Assembly: GCA_019752125.1 (NCBI GenBank)
Contig: JAIEMM010000005.1
Span: 1-58,632, forward strand
Source of the DNA: Patescibacteria group bacterium
Lineage (GTDB): Bacteria > Patescibacteriota > Minisyncoccia > Phycocordibacterales > SBAW01
Reading direction: 5' to 3'
Length of the DNA: 58,632 bases
This document shows positions 45,602 to 54,204 of the stretch, one piece after another (position 1 is the stretch's first letter; each line of letters opens with the position of its first letter). The translations under genes were made by a program, and so were the position numbers. Below the pieces are notes generated by a model. It saw only the letters and a list, made by a program, of their open reading frames with translations. It had not been told where the DNA came from and did not search any database.

Positions 45602-46165
45602 ATGAAAGAAAGTTTCGCGATCGTAGCCGCTCTCCTCGCCATTGCGGGCAACCTTCCGTATCTCATCGATATTGTTCGAGGACGCGTCAAACCCCACCCC
45701 TACACATGGTTTGTATGGAGCATTGTCTCCTGCATTATCTTTTTTGGGCAAATTGCAAAAGGTGCAGGTATAGGAGCACTGCCAACGGGCGCGTCAGAGA
45801 TCTTTACCATTATTATCTTCCTCTTCTCACTCAAGTACGGGTTCAAAGGAATTACGCGAACGGACACAGTGTTTCTTATTGCTGCTCTCGCGGGGTTGAT
45901 ACCGTGGATAATTACAAAGGATCCGACGCTGTCGGTAGTGATCGCGGTTGGGATCGACCTTATAGCGTTTGCGCCAACACTCCGAAAAACTTGGAGGCGT
46001 CCTGACACAGAAACCCCCATTCTGTACGGCTCCAATGTCCTGAGACACGCACTAGCCCTCTTTTCACTTCAAACATATAACCTCGCAACCACACTCCATT
46101 CAATAGTCATGATAACGACCAATGCATGGATGACCGGTACTATTCTCTTGCGGAAAAAGAAGTAG
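45602..46165 (+). CDS. Multi-pass membrane protein
   Basis: PY..DI.RG..KP..YTW and PT.RKTW..P.TE motifs; about six TM segments. Confidence 0.75.
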   Translation: MKESFAIVAALLAIAGNLPYLIDIVRGRVKPHPYTWFVWSIVSCIIFFGQIAKGAGIGALPTGASEIFTIIIFLFSLKYGFKGITRTDTVFLIAALAGLIPWIITKDPTLSVVIAVGIDLIAFAPTLRKTWRRPDTETPILYGSNVLRHALALFSLQTYNLATTLHSIVMITTNAWMTGTILLRKKK

Positions 46166-46183
46166 GAGTATACTTAAAGACAT

Positions 46184-46657
46184 ATGGATACTGATTTAGA
46201 TAACGCTCGAAAAGACGCCCTCGCATTTCTTACACGTAACAAAATCGGGGTGCTTGGAACAAGCTCATCCGAAGGCAACGTTCATGCAAGTATGGTGTAT
46301 TACACCGCAGACGCTGATTTTAATATCTACATCATTACGCTTATGAATAGCCGCAAGTTCAAAGCGATACAAGAACATCCTCAAGTCGCGTTTACTGTAT
46401 CGGTACCCGATGTACCTCAAACATTACAAATCGAAGGTGTGGCGATGGACATATCGCTTGACGAAGGCGCTGCAAAAAAGAAAGACGAACTCTTTGCAGT
46501 TCTTGATTCAAATAACTGGTTTTACGCACCAATTACAAAACTCGATCCCACAGAGTCAGTGGTTGTCTGGATCAAACCTACATGGATACGTTGGGCAGAC
46601 TATGCTTTTGAAGAAAGTGGGAATAAGCATATCTTTAAAGAAATTCCTTTACCATAA
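46184..46657 (+). CDS. Pyridoxamine 5'-phosphate oxidase-like FMN-binding protein
   Basis: GVLGT, SRKFKAI..HPQVAF, LQIEG. Confidence 0.8.
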   Translation: MDTDLDNARKDALAFLTRNKIGVLGTSSSEGNVHASMVYYTADADFNIYIITLMNSRKFKAIQEHPQVAFTVSVPDVPQTLQIEGVAMDISLDEGAAKKKDELFAVLDSNNWFYAPITKLDPTESVVVWIKPTWIRWADYAFEESGNKHIFKEIPLP

Positions 46658-46664
46658 TAAAAAT

Positions 46665-47135
46665 ATGAGACGAACACTATCTCTTGTTGTGTCCCTGCTG
46701 TTAGCCTACAGTGCCGCATTTATTGGCTCGATCTTTACGGTAGGAACCATCACAACCTGGTACGCAACACTCGCAAGACCAACACTAAGCCCTCCTAACT
46801 GGTTGTTTGGGCCTGTATGGACAATTCTGTATGCACTTATGGCTATAGCTGCCTGGAGAATCTACGAGAAAAAGAAGGGTAATAAAAAGACAATGCGTCT
46901 TCTGTGGATATACGTCGCACACTTGGCAGTGAATGCCTTTTGGTCAATTTCATTCTTCGGTCTTCATAGCCCCGCACTTGCGCTTGCTATCATAGCTGTT
47001 CTCTGGCTCTTGATTGTGTATTTGATGGTGAGTTTTTACCGCGTGGACCGTACGGCCGGTCTTCTACTAGTGCCATATTTGGCATGGGTGTCCTTTGCTT
47101 CATACCTCAACCTTTCGATCGTCCTGCTAAATTAA
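46665..47135 (+). CDS. tspO: TspO/MBR tryptophan-rich sensory protein
   Basis: WY..L.RP...PPNWLFGPVWTILY, LVPYLAWVSFASYLN. Confidence 0.93.
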   Translation: MRRTLSLVVSLLLAYSAAFIGSIFTVGTITTWYATLARPTLSPPNWLFGPVWTILYALMAIAAWRIYEKKKGNKKTMRLLWIYVAHLAVNAFWSISFFGLHSPALALAIIAVLWLLIVYLMVSFYRVDRTAGLLLVPYLAWVSFASYLNLSIVLLN

Positions 47136-47171
47136 CCTAAAAGTCCTCCATTCCGTGCCATACTTAAAGGC

Positions 47172-47267
47172 ATGGAAAACAAACACAAGGCAGCTGGTAA
47201 AGAATCTATGGTGATTAGGGCTCAAAAGCAGAAAGCCGTAGATATAAAAAAGAAGAAAAACAAATAA
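47172..47267 (+). CDS. 31-aa basic peptide MENKHKAAGKESMVIRAQKQKAVDIKKKKNK
   Basis: Hand-found; TG-C-CATACT -10-like box 6 nt before the ATG. Confidence 0.4.
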   Translation: MENKHKAAGKESMVIRAQKQKAVDIKKKKNK

Positions 47268-47296
47268 AAAGGATCGGGTTATACTTAGTAGGTCTT

Positions 47297-47650
47297 ATGA
47301 ACGAGAAGCAGTTGTGGAGCTACTTTTTAGAGAGGCAAGTCTCTCTTTCTACCCCTCTTAACCGTAAACAGGTGTGGGTTAAACGTGAGGATTTTGAAGT
47401 AGTAAAAACCTACTTTATGAAAGATTTCAACATCCTCCATCCAAATCGTAGCTTCCGTTCTCACGGCTATTTTTTGCATATCCAGTGTGTTGACCAAGGC
47501 GAGTATGTCCTCGTCCACCGCGACATGGCCAACCATGCGCGCTTCTTCCCTCTCATTGTGCTTCACTTCTTTCTAGATGTTCTTCCGTACATGGTCCTCG
47601 CGTGGCGGAAGCGTGTTTCTTTTTATTCTATCTTCACAAAACCGCAGTAA
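47297..47650 (+). CDS. Hypothetical protein
   Basis: 117-aa ORF; -10 TATACT upstream. Confidence 0.6.
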   Translation: MNEKQLWSYFLERQVSLSTPLNRKQVWVKREDFEVVKTYFMKDFNILHPNRSFRSHGYFLHIQCVDQGEYVLVHRDMANHARFFPLIVLHFFLDVLPYMVLAWRKRVSFYSIFTKPQ

Positions 47651-48382
47651 TTAGCGGACGTAGAAGCTTGCGCGAACAGTAACCATTATTTGTTTCTGGA
47701 TAGTTGAGGTGTCGTACTGACCGTAGTCTTCAACATTGGTTGAGTTAGGTGCAAGCACCTGCACTACACCAGATGACGCTGTTTTGAGTGGACCAACCTT
47801 TCCTCCGCCATTTTGTGCAATCTGCAGTGCACGAGCTTTTGCATCCTTCACAGCTGCACCAAGAAGGGAGATGCGCATGCTTGAAAGGTCGGAAACAAAA
47901 TATTGAGGTTGCGATGGAGACACTACCGTGCCAGACGAGACGGCTGCACTGAGCGCAGCTATGGAACGCGACATCGTGTCGATAGTGCGGACATCGCTTG
48001 AAGTTACCGTAACTGAGTCGTTGATTGCATACGTAAGAGGTGCGTTCTGGTCAGACGAATAGTTCTGATATACAGAAACTGCGGCAATCGTGACAGTCGA
48101 TGATGCAAGATTTTGTTTTCTGAAATACTCAGCTATGGCAGCGGCATCGTTTGAAACATGCGTGGAGTCCGCAGCAACGGAAGAACCGTAGGAGGTTCTT
48201 TGCAAATTTATAACCCACGTTGCCTCATCAGCGACCGCCTCCTGCGAGGCAGAACCTGTGGTTGTGATCATGTCATCCTGTCCGCGTGCGGAGATTCCCC
48301 AGCCGACAATCCAAAGTCCAATAATAAGTGCAGCGCCTCCGATAATGGTTGGTATAACGAGCGGACGATCAAAGAATTTCAT
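47651..48382 (-). CDS. SIMPL (DUF541) domain protein
   Basis: TTTGSA, AVKDAKARA..IA, ASSGVVQV, YGQYDTSTIQK. Confidence 0.85.
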   Translation of the reverse strand: MKFFDRPLVIPTIIGGAALIIGLWIVGWGISARGQDDMITTTGSASQEAVADEATWVINLQRTSYGSSVAADSTHVSNDAAAIAEYFRKQNLASSTVTIAAVSVYQNYSSDQNAPLTYAINDSVTVTSSDVRTIDTMSRSIAALSAAVSSGTVVSPSQPQYFVSDLSSMRISLLGAAVKDAKARALQIAQNGGGKVGPLKTASSGVVQVLAPNSTNVEDYGQYDTSTIQKQIMVTVRASFYVR

Positions 48383-48386
48383 ACTC

Positions 48387-49439
48387 CTATTCAAACACAC
48401 GATACAGGGCAAGTTCAAGCGGTATGGCAGGTATAGGCGCTCGGTTCATATCTAAAAGAGCTGTTATAAGCTCTGCGAGCAAGGCTGCATTGAGAGCAGC
48501 TCCCTTTGGGCCAGCGAATTCTGAGAGGGTTTGTATATCATCTTCACTAAACTGTTCGCTGAGTTCTTTTGTAAGATCAGGCGCAAAACGGATCAACAAT
48601 ACCGCACGGATTTTTGCGAGTGCAAGCAACGTAAACACTTTTGGCTCAGTGCCCCCTGCAATCGCCGCATGGAACACGGTGAGGGCCTTTGCCATATCCT
48701 TCACAGAGAGCGCTTCCAAAAATTCATTAACTGTTTTAGATGATGGCGCACCAACAACACGCGCAACTTCTTCTTCAGAAAGTTTCTTATCTTCTGAAAT
48801 AGTCAGTACCTTCTGCAAAATACCGAGCGTATCGCGGAAGGAACCATCTCCCATAAGCGCAACAAGCTCAGCTCCTGCAGGAGTGATTGAGCCGCCCTCT
48901 TTCTTTGCGACATCGAGCACAAGCTTTTTAAGTGTTTCGTGCGAAGGATTTTTAAACTGGAATACTTGGCAGCGCGAGCGGATAGTTTCTGGAACCTTAT
49001 CAAGCTCTGTTGTCGCTAATACAAACACGACATGTTCAGGCGGCTCCTCAAGAGTTTTAAGCAGTGCCCCCCACGCAGCACCTGTAAGCGCGTGCGCTTC
49101 GTCTATTATGTAGAACTTATACGTCGACTCAAACGGTAGCGTTGCAACGCCCTCGCGCAGTTCACGAATTTCATCGATGCCGCGATTGCTGGCCGCATCC
49201 ATTTCATAGATGTCATTGTCGCTTGTACCAACAGCATGTGCGAGCGCGCGCGCCATAGATGTTTTTCCTGTTCCTCTGCCGCCAGCAAACAAATAGGCGT
49301 GTGCAATTTTCTTCTGTCCAACAGCAGCGGTAAGGACCGCAACAATAGTGTCCTGGTCGCGGAATTCAGAAAACCCCGCAGGCCTGTACTTACGGTACAG
49401 AGCAAGCGGGGCTCGCTGTAATGTAGGTGGTTTGGCCAT
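48387..49439 (-). CDS. dnaX: DNA polymerase III subunit gamma/tau (short)
   Basis: LYRKYRP, GGRGTGKTS, DAASNRGID, IIDEAH, LKTLEEPP, SRCQ. Confidence 0.95.
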   Translation of the reverse strand: MAKPPTLQRAPLALYRKYRPAGFSEFRDQDTIVAVLTAAVGQKKIAHAYLFAGGRGTGKTSMARALAHAVGTSDNDIYEMDAASNRGIDEIRELREGVATLPFESTYKFYIIDEAHALTGAAWGALLKTLEEPPEHVVFVLATTELDKVPETIRSRCQVFQFKNPSHETLKKLVLDVAKKEGGSITPAGAELVALMGDGSFRDTLGILQKVLTISEDKKLSEEEVARVVGAPSSKTVNEFLEALSVKDMAKALTVFHAAIAGGTEPKVFTLLALAKIRAVLLIRFAPDLTKELSEQFSEDDIQTLSEFAGPKGAALNAALLAELITALLDMNRAPIPAIPLELALYRVFE

Positions 49440-49454
49440 CTACACCAGTATATA

Positions 49455-49829
49455 TTATTTCTTCTTAGAAACCTTTTTTACTGCTTTTGTAACCGATTTC
49501 TTTGCTCCAGCATCAATGTGCGCCCAAGTACCCATAAGGTCTTTTTTCATGTGCGCCAGTTCACCCACAGTAGCTCCAGCTGTTTTAGAATAGCGAGCCA
49601 CTACTTGCTGAACGATGGCAATATATTTTTTCTTATCTATATCGCTTACCTTCTCGACGGCTTCCATAACTTCTGCACGTGCTTTAAGCATCCAGCTCTT
49701 TACCTGTTTGCGATGCTGCGATGCGTGGTCTGAACCATAAAACCAATAGGCCCCTGCCGCTGCAACTGCGGCCGCCGCTGCAACTCCGACACCAAGCGCC
49801 ACTCCTGAATTATTTTGTTTTTTAGCCAT
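49455..49829 (-). CDS. Hypothetical protein (YtxH-like anchor plus basic tail)
   Basis: Ala-rich TM followed by YWFYG; Lys-rich C-terminus. Confidence 0.7.
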   Translation of the reverse strand: MAKKQNNSGVALGVGVAAAAAVAAAGAYWFYGSDHASQHRKQVKSWMLKARAEVMEAVEKVSDIDKKKYIAIVQQVVARYSKTAGATVGELAHMKKDLMGTWAHIDAGAKKSVTKAVKKVSKKK

Positions 49830-49861
49830 GGAGCAAGTATACACCCACGGATGATGAAATT

Positions 49862-50185
49862 TTACTGAACGTCTTCAATGTGCTCAGGTGGCGTAGCTGG
49901 TTTTGGTTTTCGAGTAGCGCGTTTCTGTACCCGTGAGAGGAAAAAACCGAGAGCGACATCGATAATACTACGCACCTTTACACCTTCGTTCTTAATTTCA
50001 TGGCGGAGATCCTGGAAATCACGCTCGAGATCATCACTTACATTATTTATTTTGCGAACGATATCGCTTATATCTCGCATTATGCGTGCAATATAGAAAA
50101 GGATAACTCCAACCAAGATAGCAATCAGAATGGTTGAGACTGAGGAAATAAAGAAGAAAATATTCGCGTGCAAAATATCGTTCAT
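49862..50185 (-). CDS. Hypothetical membrane protein (TM plus coiled coil)
   Basis: ANIFFFISS TM followed by a heptad-like region. Confidence 0.7.
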   Translation of the reverse strand: MNDILHANIFFFISSVSTILIAILVGVILFYIARIMRDISDIVRKINNVSDDLERDFQDLRHEIKNEGVKVRSIIDVALGFFLSRVQKRATRKPKPATPPEHIEDVQ

Positions 50186-50189
50186 ACAC

Positions 50190-51155
50190 CTATTCTACTC
50201 TGTCTTCCAAAAAAGCTCCGATTATATTTTCGATCTCCTGTGCATTAGTCGTTTCCATAAGCTTCATTCTCAGTTCCTTCGCTCCAGTAAAGCCTTCAAC
50301 ATACGCTTTAAAGTGCTTCTTCATCAGTGCGAAGTTTTTTATGTCTCCAAGCATCTCTTCAAACATCTTTGAATGCTCTACCGCGACTCGGAGGCGAGTT
50401 CCTAGATCAGGTTTTACCTCAGAAAACAACCATGGGTTACCGAAGATGGCGCGGCCGAGCATTGCACCATCCGCGCCACTCTCTGCAACTTTCTGTTTTG
50501 CATCTTCTAAATCTTTCAAATCGCCATTTCCAAGAATAAGAGTTTTGCTTCCAAGTTCATTACGAATCTCAACTGCACATTTGACCCTCTCCCATCTGGC
50601 AGGCACAGCGGACATTTCTTTGCGTGTACGAGCGTGGATAGTAACCGCTGCTGGCTCTGCAGAGAGAATTTTTGGCAACCATTCTTCGAGAACATCTTTG
50701 TTATATCCCAGTCGCGTCTTCACTGACACAGGGAGGTTTGGAGCCCCTCGCTTTGCGGCTTCTATAATTTCCACAGCAAGTTCGGGTGTCGTGATAAGCT
50801 TCGCGCCCGCGCCCTGTTTTTCAATAGATTTGTCTGGGCAGCCCATGTTTATATCGATTCCGTCAAAACCCAACTCCTGCGCAAGCGCAGCCGCCTTCTC
50901 CATCATTTCTGGTTTTGAAGTAAAAAGCTGTGCAACAATTGGGCGTTCTGCTTCACTAAATTTCAAATCGCGAAGGAGTTTCTCTTTTCCTTCTGGGGTA
51001 GCCAGTATCAAACCATCTGCAGACACAAATTCAGTCCACAGCACGTCCGGTTTGCCGTACTTCGCTATAAGCGCGCGAAATGCCATGTCTGTGACATTCG
51101 CAAGCGGCGCAAGCACGAAAAATGGCTTTGGCAGGTCTTCCCAGAATCCTTTCAT
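50190..51155 (-). CDS. dus: tRNA-dihydrouridine synthase
   Basis: LAPLA, TEFVS, DINMGCP, VSVKTRLG, HARTR, GNGD, GRAIFGNPW. Confidence 0.93.
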   Translation of the reverse strand: MKGFWEDLPKPFFVLAPLANVTDMAFRALIAKYGKPDVLWTEFVSADGLILATPEGKEKLLRDLKFSEAERPIVAQLFTSKPEMMEKAAALAQELGFDGIDINMGCPDKSIEKQGAGAKLITTPELAVEIIEAAKRGAPNLPVSVKTRLGYNKDVLEEWLPKILSAEPAAVTIHARTRKEMSAVPARWERVKCAVEIRNELGSKTLILGNGDLKDLEDAKQKVAESGADGAMLGRAIFGNPWLFSEVKPDLGTRLRVAVEHSKMFEEMLGDIKNFALMKKHFKAYVEGFTGAKELRMKLMETTNAQEIENIIGAFLEDRVE

Positions 51156-51167
51156 AGAGACACCGTA

Positions 51168-51977
51168 CTAATTTTTGAGCTTGTAGTAAACCTTGTCACC
51201 AAAACGCAGGTCAATGTAGTCAAACTCAGAAAGTGCATGGGTTGTAAAGGGGGCGGCTGTCAGCGTTAGAGTAAAGCGCTGGAAAATATCTCCCCCACTC
51301 TCTCCGAGTGCGAATACTATTTCATACCCGCCAGAGCTACTGAGACGAACGTCATTATGCTCATCCACTGTAACTGTTGTGATGGTGGCCGGAGCAATTT
51401 TTTTTGCAAACGTTTCAACTAAGGCAGACAGTGAGTGAAATGTTGCAGGTGTGAGAAATTGTTTAGGTAATGGACCATCTGAAAGTGCGCCGAGGTATAC
51501 CCTGTACACATTGCCTGAATATTCTGGCGCATGTGCATACGCAAGTCCACTTTCATCAAGCAACACACACTGGGTTGAATCTGCAGAAGGACACCATAGC
51601 GCAGAGGGTGTGCGCTCAGCTACTGTGATAGCGACGGTATGGAAATCGAGCGCGCGCACATCAACACTCCCAAGCGTTGGGTACAGTCTGTGAAGATCCT
51701 CTTCTATATTCTTTTTAGGGTAGAGAAAAATGTTTGCTTTTGAAAATAGCCCGGCGTAGCTGCCAACGATATCATCACGAACAACTTCTTCTATTGAAGT
51801 TTGCGGAATCACATTTTCCCCCGACACAGACACGTGCGTAATGCGCAGCAGCGAAGTGTTCGCAACCCATAGGCACAGCAAAAACAAGAGCACGAGAATC
51901 GCAAAAATAATTCCTGCTACTATCAGCAGTCTCTTACGACGTTTCTGTTTAATACTTGAAGATGCAATACGAACCAC
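51168..51977 (-). CDS. ftsQ: FtsQ/DivIB-like POTRA protein
   Basis: Basic N-terminus plus TM, VSG, ERTP.ALWC, YIDLRFGDKVYYK. Confidence 0.75.
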   Translation of the reverse strand: MVRIASSSIKQKRRKRLLIVAGIIFAILVLLFLLCLWVANTSLLRITHVSVSGENVIPQTSIEEVVRDDIVGSYAGLFSKANIFLYPKKNIEEDLHRLYPTLGSVDVRALDFHTVAITVAERTPSALWCPSADSTQCVLLDESGLAYAHAPEYSGNVYRVYLGALSDGPLPKQFLTPATFHSLSALVETFAKKIAPATITTVTVDEHNDVRLSSSGGYEIVFALGESGGDIFQRFTLTLTAAPFTTHALSEFDYIDLRFGDKVYYKLKN

Positions 51978-51991
51978 CTTCTGATTTTAAC

Positions 51992-53278
51992 CTATTTCTG
52001 AGGCTCTATTTTTTCGCGGCCGCCCATGTATGGACGAAGGACTTCTGGGATGGTGACCGTACCATCTTCGTGTTGATTGTTTTCAAGAATGGCAGCCAGT
52101 GGGCGCTGTGAGAAGGCAGTTGCGTCGTTCATGTGGACTGGCTCAAGCGTTCCGTCCGTACGGCGCACGCGTGTGTTCAAACGGCGCGCCTGGAACCCGC
52201 CAATATAGTCAGATGTGTTTGTTTCGCGGTATGTATCTTGGCCTGGCATCCAGGTTTCAATGTCTATTTGTCGCTGGTCTGGGAAACCCATGTCTCCTGT
52301 GCAGATTGAAACTACCTGGTACGGAAGTTTAAGCTGCTGCAACAAATATTCCTGGATTGCCACCATCAAATTCTGTTCCGCCAAGCCGTCTTCGGGCTTA
52401 GAGAACGTTTCCATCTCGAGTTTGTCGAATTGGTGCAAACGCAAAATACCGCGAGTGTCTTTTCCTGCAGCACCTGCTTCACGACGGAAGGCTGGAGTCA
52501 TAGCTGCGTATCGCAAAGGCAATTGTTCTTCCTTCAAGATTTCATCCATGTGTATAGGCCCAAGCGTATGTTCAGCGCTGCCCACGAACACCATGTCGTC
52601 TTTCTCAAAGTAGTAGCGTTCATCTATAGGGTCGAGACGTGCCATGCGGTTCATCACCTGCGAACGCATAAGGATTGGTGGAATCACTGGAGTGAATGGT
52701 TTGCTACTTACCGTAAGACCAGCTCCTTCAATAATTTTTTTAAGAGTTTCCTCTGAAATAAGAGTGTCAAACCCAAAACGCATCATCGCCATTTCAAGCA
52801 ACGCCATGTCGCCTTTCAAATATACAAAACGAGCACCGCTCACTTCTGCAGCTTTTTCGCCATCAATTATTCCTAAATTTTTTCCCAAATCCCAATGAGC
52901 TTTGGGGGCAAATGGGAACTGTGGTTTTTCTCCCCATTGGCGAATTACTACGTTGCCAGATTCATCGGGGCCGATTGGAGTATCGGCAGAAGGGATGTTT
53001 GGAATCTTTATTAAAAGAGATACAAGTTCTTTTTCTGTTGCCTGGTGTTTCTCTTCAGCGACCCTAAGCTCTTCTTTTAAGCGCTTTCCTGCTTCAAAGT
53101 CGCGAGCTTCCTGCGCCTGGTTGCGCTTCTGGTTGATATCGCCTATCTCGGTAGAGTTTTTCTTACGTTCTTCGGCAAGCACTAAAATGCGGTCGAGGTC
53201 TATACCCTCCCGGTTCTTGTTTTTGATTGCTGCGCGGACGATGTCCGGGTTTTCGCGAATGAAAGCGATGTCTAACAT
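51992..53278 (-). CDS. serS: Serine--tRNA ligase
   Basis: MLDI.FIRENP, SAEH, FRREAG, RLHQFDKLE, ENNQ..DGTV.IPEVLRPYM. Confidence 0.97.
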   Translation of the reverse strand: MLDIAFIRENPDIVRAAIKNKNREGIDLDRILVLAEERKKNSTEIGDINQKRNQAQEARDFEAGKRLKEELRVAEEKHQATEKELVSLLIKIPNIPSADTPIGPDESGNVVIRQWGEKPQFPFAPKAHWDLGKNLGIIDGEKAAEVSGARFVYLKGDMALLEMAMMRFGFDTLISEETLKKIIEGAGLTVSSKPFTPVIPPILMRSQVMNRMARLDPIDERYYFEKDDMVFVGSAEHTLGPIHMDEILKEEQLPLRYAAMTPAFRREAGAAGKDTRGILRLHQFDKLEMETFSKPEDGLAEQNLMVAIQEYLLQQLKLPYQVVSICTGDMGFPDQRQIDIETWMPGQDTYRETNTSDYIGGFQARRLNTRVRRTDGTLEPVHMNDATAFSQRPLAAILENNQHEDGTVTIPEVLRPYMGGREKIEPQK

Positions 53279-53286
53279 ATAGGTGG

Positions 53287-53306
53287 CCTGCCTGCCGACA
53301 GGCAAG
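53287..53306. repeat. Palindrome CCTGCCTGCCGACAGGCAAG in the serS-dprA divergent spacer
   Basis: Same family as 22072-22089. Confidence 0.65.
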
Positions 53307-53321
53307 CTCTACAATACTATA

Positions 53322-54191
53322 ATGCGTTTCCCTATAGGACAACTAGAGTTTGAGGACTTCCCAGAGCGGCTTAGAGAAATACCGGACGCACCAGAAAGAC
53401 TCTTTATACGAGGGCGGATGCCGGAAAAAGAACGTGTGCTCCTGTGTGTCGTTGGCTCCCGAAGCGCAACATCGTATGGACGGCGAATCACACACAAACT
53501 TATTGCGGGTTTGGCTCAGTATCCTATTGCCATAGTTTCGGGCCTGGCGCACGGTATAGACACCGAAGCTCACAAAGCCGCACTCGACGTTGGCCTTCCA
53601 ACTATTGCCGTACTTCCCTCCTCACTCGACGAAGCATCTATCTATCCTGCGGGCAATAGTATTCTCGCTCAAAACATACTATTAAAAGGAGGGTGTTTGT
53701 TGAGCGAGAATGAAGCTCCATTTAAAGCCATGTTGCATTCGTTTGCAGAGCGCAACCGCGTAATGGCTGGGATGTCTAAAGCAACTCTTATTATAGAAGC
53801 GGGAGAACGGTCGGGAACGCTTATTACGGCAAAACTTGCCCTCTCATATAACAGCGAAGTACTCGCCATACCCCACGAGCTTGGGCGGCCAACAGGTGCA
53901 GGTGTAAACCGCCTTATCCACGAAGGCGCAACGCTAGTGCGCGACAGTATTGATATCGCCCAATCTCTTGGATTTAAAACAGACCCTTCGACAAGCTCAG
54001 GGCAAGCGACCTTGCCAACCGACCTCACAGACACAGAAGCTGCCGTGCTTGAAATTTTAATTGAGCCTCTTATGCACGATGAAATAATAGAGAGTTTGAG
54101 CGTAGCTACGAAGGATATTCATATAGCATTATCGTCGTTATTGCTTCGCGGTTTGATTATCGAGCGATTAGGAAAAATTGAACGTGTATGA
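53322..54191 (+). CDS. dprA: DNA-processing protein A
   Basis: VVGSR...YG, VSGLAHGIDTEAH, RNR, EA..RSGTLITA. Confidence 0.95.
   Translation: MRFPIGQLEFEDFPERLREIPDAPERLFIRGRMPEKERVLLCVVGSRSATSYGRRITHKLIAGLAQYPIAIVSGLAHGIDTEAHKAALDVGLPTIAVLPSSLDEASIYPAGNSILAQNILLKGGCLLSENEAPFKAMLHSFAERNRVMAGMSKATLIIEAGERSGTLITAKLALSYNSEVLAIPHELGRPTGAGVNRLIHEGATLVRDSIDIAQSLGFKTDPSTSSGQATLPTDLTDTEAAVLEILIEPLMHDEIIESLSVATKDIHIALSSLLLRGLIIERLGKIERV
53984..54002. repeat. REP-like motif CCCTTCGACAAGCTCAGGG in-frame in the dprA linker
   Basis: Encodes DPSTSSGQ; resembles a widespread REP-like repeat (recalled, not searched). Confidence 0.55.
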
Positions 54192-54204
54192 TAGAAGATA
54201 CTGC

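Noticed and set aside
53279-53321. N-terminal extensions MPVGRQA (serS) and MACLPTG (dprA)
   Set aside because: They come from the intergenic palindrome; the conserved starts are 53278 and 53322.
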